From Mobula hypostoma (Eukaryota): a stretch of 64,000 nucleotides of DNA. Of this stretch, positions 50,626 to 63,895 are shown one piece after another. The notes under the pieces are model-generated. The model searched no databases. It saw nothing but the letters and a program-made list of their open reading frames with translations, and was not told where the DNA came from. Where the stretch lies: NCBI RefSeq assembly GCF_963921235.1, contig NC_086101.1, positions 6,574,001 to 6,638,000 on the forward strand, in the 5' to 3' direction. Within the stretch, counting starts at the first letter, position 1. Every line of letters begins with the position of its first letter. The position numbers and the translations under genes are program-made.

Positions 50626-52783
50626 AACCTCTGGACCCTCTCCAACGCCAGCACATCTTTTCTGAGCCCAAAACTGTCACAGTACTCAAGGTGAGGCCTC
50701 ACCAGTGCCTTAATAAGCCTCAGCGTCACATCCTTGCTCTTGTATTCTAGACCTCTTGAAATGAATGCTAACGTGGCATTTGCCTTCCTCACCACTGACT
50801 CAGCCTGCAAGTTGACCTTCAGGGTGTTCTGCACAAGGACTCCCAAGTCCCTTTGTACCTCAGATTTTTGGACCTTTTTCCCCATTTAGAAAATAGTCCG
50901 CACATTTATTTCTACTACCAAATTGCATGACCATGCATTTTCCAATGTTCTATTTCATTTGCCACATTCTTGCCCATTTTCCGAATCTGTCTAGATCCTA
51001 CTGCATCCTGCCTGTTTCCTCAAAACTACCTGCCCCTCAACCAATCTACATATCATCTGCAAACTTGGCAACAAAGCAATCTATTCCATCATCTAAATCA
51101 TTCATATACAACATAAAAAGAAATGACCCTTGCGGAACACCACTAGTCACAGGCAGCCAACCAGAAAAGGATCCTACTGATGAGCTAGTGTTCTAACTAT
51201 GTTAGTAACTTTCCTGTAATACCATGAGCTCTTAACTCGGTATGCAGCCTCACATGTGGCACCTTGTCAAAGGCCTTATGAAAATCCAAATATACAACTT
51301 CTACTGCATCCCCTTTATCTATCCTACATGTAATCTCCCCAAAGAGTTCTAACACGTTCGTCAGGCAGGGTTTTCGCTGATGGTGACCATGCTAACTTTG
51401 ACCTATCTCGTCCTGTGTCACCAAGTACTCCATCACCTTATCCTCAACAATTAACTTTAAAATCTTCCCAGCCACTGAGGTCAGGCTAACTGGTTTACAA
51501 TTTCCCTTCTGCTGCCTTCCTCCTTTTTTAAACAGCGGAGTGACACCATGCCAGAGCCCAGTGATTTTTAAAAGAGCGTCTCTAACACTACCTCATTCAG
51601 AACCCTTGGGTGCAGTTCCTCTGGTCCCGGTGACTTATGTACCTTTAGATTTTTCAGCTATTTGACCACCTTCTCTCTTGTAACAGCAACCGCTCCCAAT
51701 TCTCTTCCTTCACACAATGCAACATACTGCTAGTGTCTTCCAGTGAAGACTGATGCAAAATACTCATTTAGTTCATCAGCCATCTCCTTGTCCCCTGTGT
51801 TATTATTTCTCCTGCCTCATTTTTTAGCGGTCCTATATCCACTCCTATTTCGCTTTTATTTTTAACATACTTGAAAAAACTTTTCCTATCCACTTTGATA
51901 TCATTTGCGAGCTTGCTTTCATATTTCATTTTTTTCCCTTCTAATGATTTTTTTTTAGTGTCCTCTGCAGGTTTTTAAAAACTTCCTAATCCTCTACCTT
52001 CCCATGAATTTTTGCTTTGTCGTGTGCCGTTTCTTTTGTTTTTTAACAGCTTTGACTTCCCTTGTCAACCACTGTTGAACTATTTTACCATTTGATTATT
52101 TCTTCACTGTTGGAATACTCATGGCCTGCAGCATTTTTCCCAGAAACACACACCATTGCTACTCTGCTGACATCCCTGCCAGCAGCTCCTTCCAATTTAC
52201 TTTTGCCAACTCCTCTCTCATATTACTGTAATTTCCCTTACTGCACTGAAATACTGCTACATCAGACTTTACTTTCCCTCTATCAAATTTCAAGTTGAAC
52301 GCAATCATATTGTGATCACCGGTTGCTAAGGATTCTTTTACCTTAAGCTTCCTAATCACCCCCGGTTCATTACCTAACACCTAATCCAGTATAGCTGATC
52401 CCCTAGTAGGCTCAACGACAAACTGCTCTAAAAAGCTATCTCTTAGGCATTCAACAAACTCACTCTTGCGATCTATTACCAAGCTGATTTTTGCATTCGA
52501 CCTGCATGTTAAAATATCCTATGTCTACCATAAAATTGCACATCTGACTCACCTTTTCTATTTCCTGTTGTAACTTGTGTTCCACCTCCCAGCCACTGTT
52601 GGGAATCCTGTATATAAATGTCCTTTTACCCTTGCAGTTTTAACTCAACCCACAAGGATTCAACATCTTCCGATCCTATGTCACATCTTTCTACTGATTT
52701 GATGCCATTCTTTAACAGCAGAGCCACACCATCCCCTCTGCAGACTTTTCTACCCTTCAGATAAAATGTGTAACCTTGGACAT

Positions 52784-53250
52784 TACAAGGATGTTGCTGG
52801 GACTTGAGAAACTGACTTACAGAGAAAGGTTGAATAGGTTAGGAATTTATTCCCTGGAGTGTACAAGAATGAGGGGCGATTTGATAGAATTATATAAAAT
52901 TATGATAGATATGGATAGAGTGAATACAACCAGGCTTTTTCCAATGAGGCTAGGGGAAAAAAAAACAGAGGAACATGGGTTAAGGGTGAAGGGGGAAAAG
53001 TTTAAAGGGAACATTGTGGGGGTTTCTTCACACAGAGAGTGGTGGGAGTGTGGAATGAGCTGCCAGATGAAGTGGTAAATGTGGGCTCACTTTTAACATC
53101 TAAGAAAAACCTGGAGAGGTACATGGATGAGAAGTGTATGGAAGGATATGGTCCAGGTGCGGGTCAGTGGGACTAGGCAGAAAAATGGTTTAGCGCAGCC
53201 AAGAAGGGCCAAAAGGCCTGTTTCTGTGCTGTAATGTTCTATGGTTCTAC
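52784..53250 (+). mobile_element. CR1 3' fragment nested in the minus-strand CR1
   Basis: 'TRMLLGLEKLTYRERLNRLGIYSLE'; 'gttctatggttcta' tail. Confidence 0.85.
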
Positions 53251-56200
53251 TCAGCTCCCACCGACAATCATCTTTCAGCGACGATTCAGTGATGACCACA
53301 ACATCATACCCAACAATATGTAATTTTGCAATAATATCTTCCACCTTATTTCTTACACTACATGCATTTAGATACAACACCTTGAATACCGTATTTGCTG
53401 TCCTTTCTGATTCTGCATCCCTAATGTTTTGATATGCAGCCTATTGGTTGAAACTAAGTCCCATCACCTGCCTGCCCTGCTTGTCAGTCTGACTGTATGC
53501 TATCTTTACTTTTTTACCATCCATCCTATCTTGAATCCTTTCACACTGGTTGCCACCCCACTGTCAAATTAGTTTAAACCCAAACAGCTCTAACAAACCT
53601 GCCCTTGAGAATATTGGTCCCCTTCGGGTTCAGGTGCAACCAGTCACTTTGCACTGGTCATACCTCCCCCAGAAGAGATCCCAATGATCCAAGAACCTGA
53701 ATTCCTGTTCCCTGCACCAGCTTCTCAGCCACATATTTATCTGTCAAATCATCCTTTTTCTACCCTCAATGGTGCAAGGCACGGGCAGCAATCCAGAAGT
53801 TGCTACCCGGGAGGTCCTGCTTCTCAGCTTTCTACCTAGCTCTCTAAATTATCTTTTGAGGACCGCATTACTTTTCCGTCTGATGTTGTTGGTACCAATA
53901 TGTACCAAGACATCTGACTGCTCCCCCTCACTCTCCAGAATGTTGTGGACGCGATCTGTGACTTCCCTGACCCTGGCACCTGGGAGGCAGCATACCATCC
54001 GGGTGACCCGTTCAGAATCTCCTGCCTGTTCCTCTCACTATTGCGTCCCCTATCACTACAGCTCCTTTCTTCTCTCTCTTTCCGTTCTGCACCAGGGACC
54101 CATGCTCAGTGACTGTAACCCAGTCGCCGTGGCATTCTCCTGGGAGGTCATCCCCACAAAAGTATCAAAAGCAGTATACTTGTTTTTGAGGGGAATGGCC
54201 ATAGGGGTGCTCTGCTTTAACTGCCTATTCTATAACTGCATACTCAGTTTTGGACCCAGTTTATACCCAGGAGATGCATGAGAAACACAACAGGTCAGTC
54301 AGGATCTGTGGAGAGAGGAACAGAGTTTGTGTCTACATCGATGATCTCTCCTGGAATTGATTCAAAAGCTACCTGTCCTACTGTGGATTTCAGGTACTTT
54401 TCAGTATTGATCTGGTTCTTCAAGCATCTGATTCAGAAAGAAATGGGAGTGCAGCCTAATTTCTTCCTGATGGGGGATAAAGAGGAAGGAATGCGATAAG
54501 AGAGGAGAGTGGACCGTTAGAAAAATCAACGCTCAGGTTGGGGTCTACCCGGAGAGGTACGGTGAAGGTTAGAGAGACGTGGACATGCTATTTTGGTGCC
54601 AGAGTCCTCTATAAATGAGTCCAATCCATAAGCCACGTCAACCAAACAATGCCTGAGGCACAAGACTCTGCACCTTCATAGAGCATAGACATAGAAATCC
54701 ACAGCACATTACAGGCCCTTTGACCCACATTCTGCCAACCATGTAACCTACTCTAGAAACTGCCTACTTGTGTTTCTGGTTTTTAGTTCTTAGTTTATTA
54801 AATTGACAGATTGAGCAATTTTGACCAGGGCACTACGATGTGGCCTGCAGTCGATGATGGCACTGTACTAAATTGAACGGAACTGAATTACATTGAACAT
54901 TCCTAGACTCTGCGGTTTTTGAGGTTTAATATTCTGTGTGTTATTTGATATTTTTTTTTTGTTTCCACAATTTATTTGTTTCGCACATTGGCCGTTTGTT
55001 TTGTTTAAACATGTTTCATGGTATTTTTTCATTTCCTGGCAGCCTGCGGGAAGTCAGATCCCAGGGTCGTACACTACAACATACCTTGATAAGAAATGTA
55101 CTTCGCTGCTGGATTCCGGCAGTGCAGCCTAATTTCTTCCTGAATCTTGAACTTGGCCACCTGCTTGTCTCCATTGATACTGCCTGACCCACTGAGTTCT
55201 CTCAGCAATTTAATTTTTGCTCCTGAAGAAGATCCCACTAACTGCAGTGTGAGACCCAGCATTTCCATCTGAGACAGGAATACTATCCGGGAGTGTGGTG
55301 AGAGACAACCTTCTCTCCCACTCAATCGGGAAGATACTGATTACGTAGTTACAGTCCCCAGCTTCTTCCCCAGCACAGCCCCACAAGAGTTACCTGATCA
55401 GATCCCATTGACAGAGTTCCATCTGACCGAGAATTACAGATGCAGAAACCATTTGTTTTGCTTCCACCGTCTTCCCCTCATTAAACTGTTTACTGCCTGA
55501 TCTTCTACTGGAAACTATCCTCTGTTAAACCGTTCATGATATGAAACTCCTCCGTTCACTCTCCCCTCATCCGTTCTAGCACACTCTCTTCACTGCCTTG
55601 TATAATTGATGTAGAATTTAAGTTTCCTGCCGTTGTCTGAGCCTGTGATGCTGCTGCAGGCAAGTTTTTCATTGCAGCACCCGAGCTGCTGGCGAGGAGG
55701 TGAGGGGAGGACGTTTGGGTTCTCACCAGGGGAGTGGTCAGGCAGCATCTATAGAGGGAGAGAGACAATCAACATTTCCCCTCGAGACCCTTGCTCTGAA
55801 CAGAACGGGACTGTCTGTTTCCCTCCACAGACTCTGCCTGGCTCAATGACTTTCCTCCAGCATTCTGTGTCTTGCTCTGTATTCCCGCATCTGCAGCCTC
55901 TCGTGTCTCCAGACTGTAACGGAGCATTGTACACACGAGAATAAATTCGGCATGACTTCACTTGATCTTTCTTCGCTTGGAGGACAGCCCTCTTCACTCC
56001 CGTCTCCCCCACCCTCCCACCCCCGTCTTATACACAATCACAATCCCTCAATCAAACCAACTTCTACAGACGTACCGTAGACAGCTTTCAGAATCGCTGT
56101 ATCGCTTTCTGGTTTGGATGCGTCAATGTGTTTTCAGATTTCTGAATGGACCATCAACAGTCCCACACTATTTTCTACCACGTATTTATTTTGTTATTGT

Positions 56201-57439
56201 AATGTACAGTAAAATAATTTACTGTACTCTCCCGCTGTCGCAGAACAATGCATTTCACAACATACGTCAGTGATAATAAACCTGATTCTGATTCTAATCC
56301 GGAGGAGTATTGTATCATTTCTTAATGCATGTATTACTAAATGACAATAAAAGAGGACAGCGTGTCCTCATAATCTAATCTAATCTAATTCTTGACCCAC
56401 ACTGGGAAATCTTGTCTTCCTAAAGTGTGGCGCCCAGAATGGGAGCCAAGTCTCTATCGCTCAGCTGTGGAGATGTTCCTGTAGTTTGTAATCTCCCCTC
56501 CAGGGGGCGACCTGCCATAGGTTCTGTTTGTAGCTTTTGCTCTCAGCTGGGTTTCCTTGTTCGCCAGCAGTCTCTTTCAGAAGAGATATGACTCACCAGT
56601 CTCCCCCACCCCCATACATACTGCTAATCTATTTTTCTCCTATCCTCTGTCTCACCTAATAACTTGGCATTCCAGTTGTTAATCATTACAGCTTCTTGTG
56701 TGGGTTGAGTCTGCTAACACACGTCTGTAATTCTATCCTGTTGCCTTCTGATTCGTAATCTTGTCTTCTTATGAAACCAATTGACCTAAATTTGCAAGTA
56801 TTTACTTTAAGGCTCTATTTACGTGACGTTTGAAGTTACATCCAGAATCAACTGTGATTTTTTCGAACCCTTGTTTTAGGCTTAATTGCCCAGACCTCTT
56901 TCCCAGCACTGGGGACTGAAGAACTAATCGGTTTAAAGTGCGAGGGAAAGATCTAACAGGGGTCAGGGATAAATTTTTTCACACGTAGGGTGGTCAGTAT
57001 AAGCCATAGGAAGTATTTCCCAGGGTGGGAACAGCTAGTATGAGGGAGCATAACCTTAAGGAGATCGGAGAACAGTTTCGCGGGGATGTCCGATGTAGAG
57101 TTTTACAGAGAGATTGGTGGGTGCGAGGAACGCTCTGCAAGGGTGGTGGGTCGAGGCAGATCATTCGGGGCATTTAAGATACTCAGACGGGCACGTGGAT
57201 GAAAGAAAAATGGAGAGCAACGTGGAAGGGAAGGGTTTATCACAGAGCAGGCTAAACGGTCAGCACTGCATCATTGGTGATATGTATGTTCAATGTCGTG
57301 TGTTCTAGTTAAAAGACATTTGGACACGTACACGACAACCGACCTGTGCATGCATAATAAGATAATACCGCATCTATGGAGAGGAATAAAGACTCTAGAA
57401 TCTGGATATAGGGTCTCGGAGGTGAAAAGCCAGAGTCAT

Positions 57440-57843
57440 AGTCATACTTTATTGATCCCGGGGGAAATTGGTTTTCGTTACAGTTGCACCATAAATAATT
57501 AAATAGTAATAAAACTATAAATAATTAATAGTAATATGTAAATTATGCCAGGAAATAAGTCCAGGACCTTATTGGCTTATTGGCTCAGGGTGTCTGACCC
57601 TCCAAGGGAGGAGTTGTAAAGTTTGATGGCCACAGGCAGGAATGACTTCCTATGACGCTCTGTGCAGCATCTCGGTGGAATGAGTCTCTGGCTGAATGTA
57701 CTCCTGTGCCCAACCAGTACATTATGTAGTGGATGGGAGACATTGTCCAAGATGGCATGCAACTTGGACAGCATCCTCTGTTCAGACACCACCGTCAGAG
57801 AGTCCAGTTCCATCCCCACAACATCACTGGCCTTACGAATGAA
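57440..57843 (-). mobile_element. Young Rex1/Babar-like 3' fragment
   Basis: ORF 57577..57867(-); near-identical to 42946-43322. Confidence 0.85.
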
Positions 57844-58184
57844 AGTTGACTCTTTATTTGTCTCCATAGATGTTGCCTGACCTGCTGATTTCCTCCAGCA
57901 TTTTGTGTTACTCTGGATTTCAAGTATCTGCAGAATCTCTCGTGTTCATACAAAACAAGCTGCAAACAACCTAAATTTTCCATTCTGTGTTGAAGTGGTG
58001 GACGGTGGTGGATCGTTTGCGAGGTTGTGATTGGGAGAGGGGCTGGGAGCTTTTCCATTTACCTGGACTTCTCAAAAAATTGGACACTCCCACTCCAGTA
58101 GATGGCAGGGTGAGCACCACCAAACACCTTGAGTTATTGCTCCTTGTGTGGGATTTTTCTTATCTCTTCAACCATAAAAGAAAG

Positions 58185-60115
58185 ATAGGGTCTAGCGGAG
58201 CAGCCATCATCGGAATGGGGCTGATGTCAGAGTGGGAACTTAGAGACTTTGACTCAAGAGGCTTCGGCGAGAAGAGGTTGAGCCCAAGAAACAGGTAAGA
58301 AGGGTATGTTTTTCCTTTTGTTATTGCCGATTTGGTCTTGGTTGCCCATAGTACACTGCAGGGTGGATGGTAGATATGGTAGTGGAATGTATCTCCTGTG
58401 GGATGTGGGAATCCATGGCACCTGATTGTCTCCCTGATGACTACACTTGCAGGAAGTGCAGCCAACTTCAGCTCCTGAAAGACCACATTAAGGAGCTGGA
58501 GCTGGAGTCAGATGAACTAAGGAACATCCGGGAGGCAGAACAATTGGCAGATAAGACTTTTGAGCAGGTGGTTACACCCAGAGTACAAAATTCAGGCAGT
58601 AGATGGGTGAACACCTAAAGAGGTAAAGGGAGAAAGAAGTCAGTGCAGGGTCTCCCTGTGGCCATTCCCCTCAGCAACAGGTATACCCCTTTGGATACTG
58701 CTGAGGGGGAGGACCTATCTGGGCAAGGCAGCAGCAGCCAGACCAATAGCACAGTGGTCAGCTTTGAGACTCAGAAGGGGAAGTCAAACAGAGCAATAGT
58801 CATGGGGACATATAGGAGATTCTGTGGCAGCAAAAGAGACACCAGGAGAATGTGTTGCCTCCTGGGTGCTAAGGTCGAGTAGGTCTCTGAGTAGTTGCAG
58901 AATACTCTTGAAACGGGGGAGGTGAGAAGCCAGAGGTCATAGTACATTTAGGTACCAATGGCATAGTCAGGGGAGGGGTAGAGGTCCTGTGCAGTTAGTT
59001 TAGGGAGTTAGGAAGGATGCTGAAGATCAGGGCTTCCATGGTGATTACTCTTGGTGCAACAAGCTAGAACAAGAAGATAGCGCAGATGAATGAGTAGCTG
59101 AGATGTGGCAGGGGGCAGGGTTTCAAGTTCTTGGATCATTGGAACTATTTCTGGGGAAGGGGTGACCTGTACAAGTGGGACAGGTTGCACCTGAACTAGA
59201 GGGGGACCAATATCCTGCGAGGGAGGTTTGCTAATGCTATTAGTGAGGGTTTAAACTAGATTTGCAGAGGATTGGGAACCGAAGTGAAGAAGCAGAGGAT
59301 GGGGCAGTTGGCACACAAGTAGAGACAGTCTGTAGGGAGTCTGTGAGGAAGGATAGACAGATGACAGAGCAAAGATGTACTCAGCCCAATGGATTGAGAT
59401 ATGTATAATTTAATGCAAGGGGTGTCATAAACAAGACAGATGAACTTAGAGCACGGATCAATATGTGGAACTATGACATTGTGGCCATTACAGAGACTTG
59501 GATGTCTCAGGAGCAGTAATGGCTTCTGAGTGTGCGAGGCTTTAGATGTTTCAAAAAGAACAGAGAGGGAGGGAAAAAGAGGTGGGAGCATGGCATTGCT
59601 AATCAGAGATAGTATCACGGCTGCGGAAAAGGAGGAAGTCATGGAGGGACTGTCTATTGAGTCATTGTGGATGAAAGTCAGAAACAGGAAGGGGGCAATA
59701 ACTCTACAGGGTGTTTTTTATCACCCCCCCCCCCCCACCAATTGTAACAGAGACATCGAGGAGCAGACAGGGAGGAAAATTTTGGAACGGTGCAATAATA
59801 GTCGGGTTGTTATGATGGGTGATTTTAACTTTTCTAATATTGACTGGCATCTCCTTCGAGCAAGGTGTTTGGATGTGGTGCAGTTTGTCAGGTATGCTCA
59901 GGAAGGTACCAGAGGATTAGAGGGTTGCAAATGTTGTTTCCCTGTTCAGGAAAGGGAGTAGAGATTCCACTTGTGTTCTGTATTCAGTTCTGGTCACCCC
60001 ACTACAGATGGATGTGGATACTATAGAGAGAGTGCAGAGGGGATTTACAAGGATATTGCCTCGATTGGACAGAATGTCTTATGAGAATATGTTGAGTGAA
60101 CTTGGCCTTTTCTCC
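58185..60115 (+). mobile_element. Decayed CR1 5' region: ORF1 (zinc finger, leucine zipper, esterase) and ORF2 endonuclease, internally deleted
   Basis: 'VECISCGMWE...CRKCSQLQLLKDHIKELELE', 'IPLSNRYTPLDT' and 'MGDFNFSNIDW'. Confidence 0.85.
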
Positions 60116-60117
60116 TT

Positions 60118-60470
60118 GCCCCACCCAGCCAACACACTTTTTGTCCCTCTTCCCTCTGGGAGAAGGCTCAGGAGCTTGAAGACTCGTACGGCCAGATTTG
60201 GGAACAGCTTCTTTCCAACTGCGATAAGTCTGCTGAATGGATCCTGACCCGCATCTGGGCCGTACCCTCCAAATATCTGGACCTGCCTCTCGGTTTTTTT
60301 TGCACTACCTTACTTTCCATTTTCTATTTTCTATTTATGATTTATAATTTAAAATTTTAATATTTACTATCGATTTGTACTGCAGGGAGCGTGAAGAGCA
60401 GAATCAAATATCGCTGTGATGACTGTACGCTCTGGTATCAATTATTTGGCGACAATAAACTATAAAGTAC
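60118..60470 (+). mobile_element. Rex1/Babar-like 3' fragment
   Basis: 'HPANTLFVPLPSGRRLRSLKTRTARFGNSFFPTAISLLN', followed by AATAAA. Confidence 0.8.
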
Positions 60471-61185
60471 ATTACTGATGACGTAAACAGAAAATACTCT
60501 GCAGATGCTGGGGTCAAAGCAACACTCACAACGCGCTGGAGGAACTCAACAGGTCGGGCAGCATCCGTGGAAATGATCAGTCAACGTTTCGGGCTGGAAC
60601 CCTCCATCAGGACCGAAGAGGGAAGGGACAGAGGCCCTATAAAGAAAGGTGGGGGGAGGGCAGGAAGGTGAAGGCTGGTAGGTTCCAGGTACAGTTTCAG
60701 GAACATTTATTAACCTTCAAAAATCAGATTCCTCAACCAGTGTGGATAACTTCATGGATCTCAATGTTAAATTGATTCCACAACCTATGGACTCACTTTC
60801 GAGGATTCTGCAACTCATGTTCTCAGTATTAATCACATATTAATTTATTATTATTAATAATAATTGTTTTTTTCTTGTTATCGCAGTTTGTCTTCTGATG
60901 CATTTTGGTTATTTGTCTGCCTGTTGATTGTTTGTGTGTAGTTTTTTTATTGATTCTATTGTGTTTCTTTGTATCTACTGTGAATGCCAGTGCAGTAGCA
61001 ATGAATCTCAGTGTAGTGTATGGTGAACAAAAATTAACATTGATAATAATTTTACTTTGAATTGTGAGTTCCTCCAGCATTTTGTATGTGTGTTGCTCAG
61101 GATATCCACCCTCTAGAGAATTAGGCCATTCAGCCTATTGAGTCTGCTCTGCATTCGATGTGGTATCGGCAGCGGTTATTTAAAA

Positions 61186-62433
61186 CTAGACAACGGGTGA
61201 CCTGTTGGGGCACCCTTTGAGCGAAGGGTAGTGCAGTCTGATGTAACCAGAATGAACATTAAATTTTCCTGAATGCTATTGGTATCACTTTGCTTTGGAA
61301 ATTGAAGAAGAAAAACTCAGTTTACTAAAGAAGAACGGCGCATAGCAAGGCAAATATAGCTCCTCCTCATTTAACGAAGGACACTTTTGATGGCATCATT
61401 TCTTCTTGATCTGCCATCCTTGCGCCTCTCATTGTCATTGTGGAGACGTGCAGTCCTTTCATCCACCATCTCTTCATCGCTTCTGTTGTTTGTTCTTTGT
61501 CTCTGATCCTGGAGAGGTGCATTTCTCAGCTCCTTTGTCTCTTCCTCTCTCCTCCTTCTGTGCCAGTTGTTGTCATTTTGGAGACGTGCATGCCTCTCCT
61601 CCTCTGTCTCTTCTTCTCTCATCTTTTTTGTCCTGACTCTTTGATCCTGGAGTCATGTGGCCCTGGCCACATCCGATTCTTGTTCTCTCGGTCTCCTTGT
61701 TGCTTCCCGACATTGCTTGGCGTCATCTCTTGACCATATTGTCGCCCTGCTCTTTCCACGCGGCATAATTCGGTTGACCATATTTTTTACCCTAATGCTG
61801 GAAAGAAGATACAAAGCAGTAACACCAGAGCCTCCAGGATGCTCTCCTAAATGGACGCGATATAGTCACCGCTGTCCTTCGACTGCAGCAAAGGGTTTGA
61901 TGGATGTCTCGAAGTACGTCATTACAATGAGATTTAATTATCTCTTATTGAAGAGATCTGTCCCAATCCTGCACATGCTGATGGTGATTAGCAGAAAGTG
62001 ACCGCTGGAAATAGAGCTGCCCTGCCCTTTTACGCCGGTAGGGGTCGCTGCTGTGACCATCGTGAGTCGCTTCTGAGGCTGGCCGTGCGCATGCGTCGTG
62101 GTGTCGAGTCGCGGTTCCCATCAAGTCCTGACGAAGGGTCTCGGCCTGAAACGTCGACTGCGCCTCTTCCTATAGATGCTGCCTGGCCTGCTGCGTTCAC
62201 CAGCAACTTTGATGTATGATGGCTGACATCGGCTCTCGGGTGAACGCGGGGTTGTTGTTTTCGGCGAGTGAACAATTTTATACGAATTTATAACCCTGAT
62301 CCTCGCCTGCATTCTGTAAGTTCGCGCATTTTAACTCGATTTAGCAAAAAATAGTGCCGCTGTAATGCACCGTTTGCGCTCATTGGAGGTCACAAACAGA
62401 GCATGAGAGTTTTAGTTGTATAGAGAAGATAGA
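61186..62433 (-). mobile_element. Non-autonomous Helitron with an STPR-like repeat pseudo-ORF
   Basis: Minus strand reads A|TCTATC... at the 5' end, and hairpin GGGTGCCC-caaca-GGTCACCC plus CTAG|T at the 3' end. The ORF from the ATG at 61766 has one internal stop and 'ETEEERHARLQND' repeats. Confidence 0.7.
62124..62159 (+). ncRNA. Minimal hammerhead ribozyme motif in a Penelope-derived insert (~62121-62215)
   Basis: 36-mer identical to 40148-40183. Confidence 0.7.
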
Positions 62434-62439
62434 TGAGAG

Positions 62440-63895
62440 TTTCGTGGGCGTTTGTCCATTGTACGGGGCCGATCAGCGGCGTCAACAGAGCGCTGTGAAC
62501 TAAATAAAAGTACAGAAGGGATAAGCGGAGCGTCTATTGGCGGGAGTAGGCCAGTGCTGAGAGTAGAAGAGATAGGCTTTGGCTCAAAAGAGACTTCGGC
62601 TTTGGGTAAAGCGTCTGTTAACGTTTCATTTTTGTGTTTTTTCTGTTACTGTATCATTTAAATGGCTGTGGTATGCTATTCGTGCCAGATGTTGGAGAAC
62701 TGGGAGACCTAGAGTCTCCCGAGGAACTACATCTGTGCACAGTGCATTCGGCTGCAGCTCCTTGAAGACCGTGTTAGGGATCTGGAGCAGCAACATGGGT
62801 GATGTTCGGCTTGTACGGGCGAGTGAGGAGAAAACTGATCAAAGTTACAGGGAAGAAATCACTCCAAAGGTGCAGAAGGTCAGTGTCTGCGTAACTGTCA
62901 GGAGAAATGGAAACAGGCAGTTAGAGCAGAGCACCCCTGTGGCCATTTCCCTCAAAAACAACTATACCGCTTTGGATACTTTTGTATGGGATGACCTTCC
63001 AAGGGAATTCCACGGAGAACGGGATACAGGCACTGGTCGTAGGTCCGTGGTGCAGAAGGGAAAGGGAGAGAGGAAGGGAGCTGTAGTGATAGGGGACTCG
63101 ATAGTGAGGGGAACAGACCGGATTTTCTGTGGATGTGCACGGGACACTCGGATAGTATGCTGCCTCCCAGGTGCCAGGGTGAGGGATGTCTCAGATCGCG
63201 CCCACAACATTTTGGAGAGGGAGGGGGAGCAGCCAGATGTCTTGGTGCATATTCGTACCAATGACATAGGAAGGAAAAGCAAAGAGGTCCTGAAAAGAAA
63301 ATTTAGAGAGCTAGGTGGAAAGCTGAGAATCAGAACTGCCCGGGTAGTAATTTCTGGATTGCTGACTGTGCCACGTGCCAGTGATGGTGGAAACAGGAAG
63401 ATTTGGCAGATAAATGCGTGGCTGAGAAGCTGGTGCAGGGGGCAGGACTTCAGGTTCTTGGATCATTGGGATCCTCCTGGGGGAGGTATGACCTGTACCC
63501 GAGGGGGGCCCGTATTCTCCCGGGCAAGTTTTTTAGAGCTGTTGGGGAGGGTTTAAACTAATTTGCCGGGGGGTGGGAACTGGAGTGAAGGGACTCAGGA
63601 TAGGATGGATGGTAAAAATGTAAAGACAGCGTGCAGTCAGTCTGTCAGGAAGGGCATTCAGGTGATGGGACTTAGTTGCAGCCAACAGGCTGACTATCAG
63701 AACATGAGGGATGCAGAATCAGAAAGGATAGCAAATACGGTTCTCTCGATATTGTATCTAAATGCATGGAACATAAGAAATAAGGTGGATGATCTTGTTG
63801 CACTATTACAGATTGCGAGGTATAACGTTGTGGCTATCACTGAATCATGGTTGAAGGATGGTTGTAGTTGGGAGCTGAATGTCCAAGGTTATAGG
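62440..63895 (+). mobile_element. CR1 5' region: 5' UTR, ORF1 (zinc finger plus SGNH esterase-like) and ORF2 start, frameshifted
   Basis: 'AVVIGDSIVRG', 'CCLPGARVRDV', 'VLVHIRTND' and 'ILYLNAWNIRNK...VAITESWL'. Confidence 0.9.

Larger units (their letters stand above)
46992..54230 (-). mobile_element. Decayed near-full-length CR1 hosting two antisense CR1 insertions
   Basis: 3' end at ~46992. Host sequence resumes across 47470-50625 ('...ccttgtgaac|...ctctggaccctctcc') and across 52784-53250. Endonuclease start 'LYLNACSVRNK' at 53380; ORF1 esterase remnant at ~53600-54230. Confidence 0.8.
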
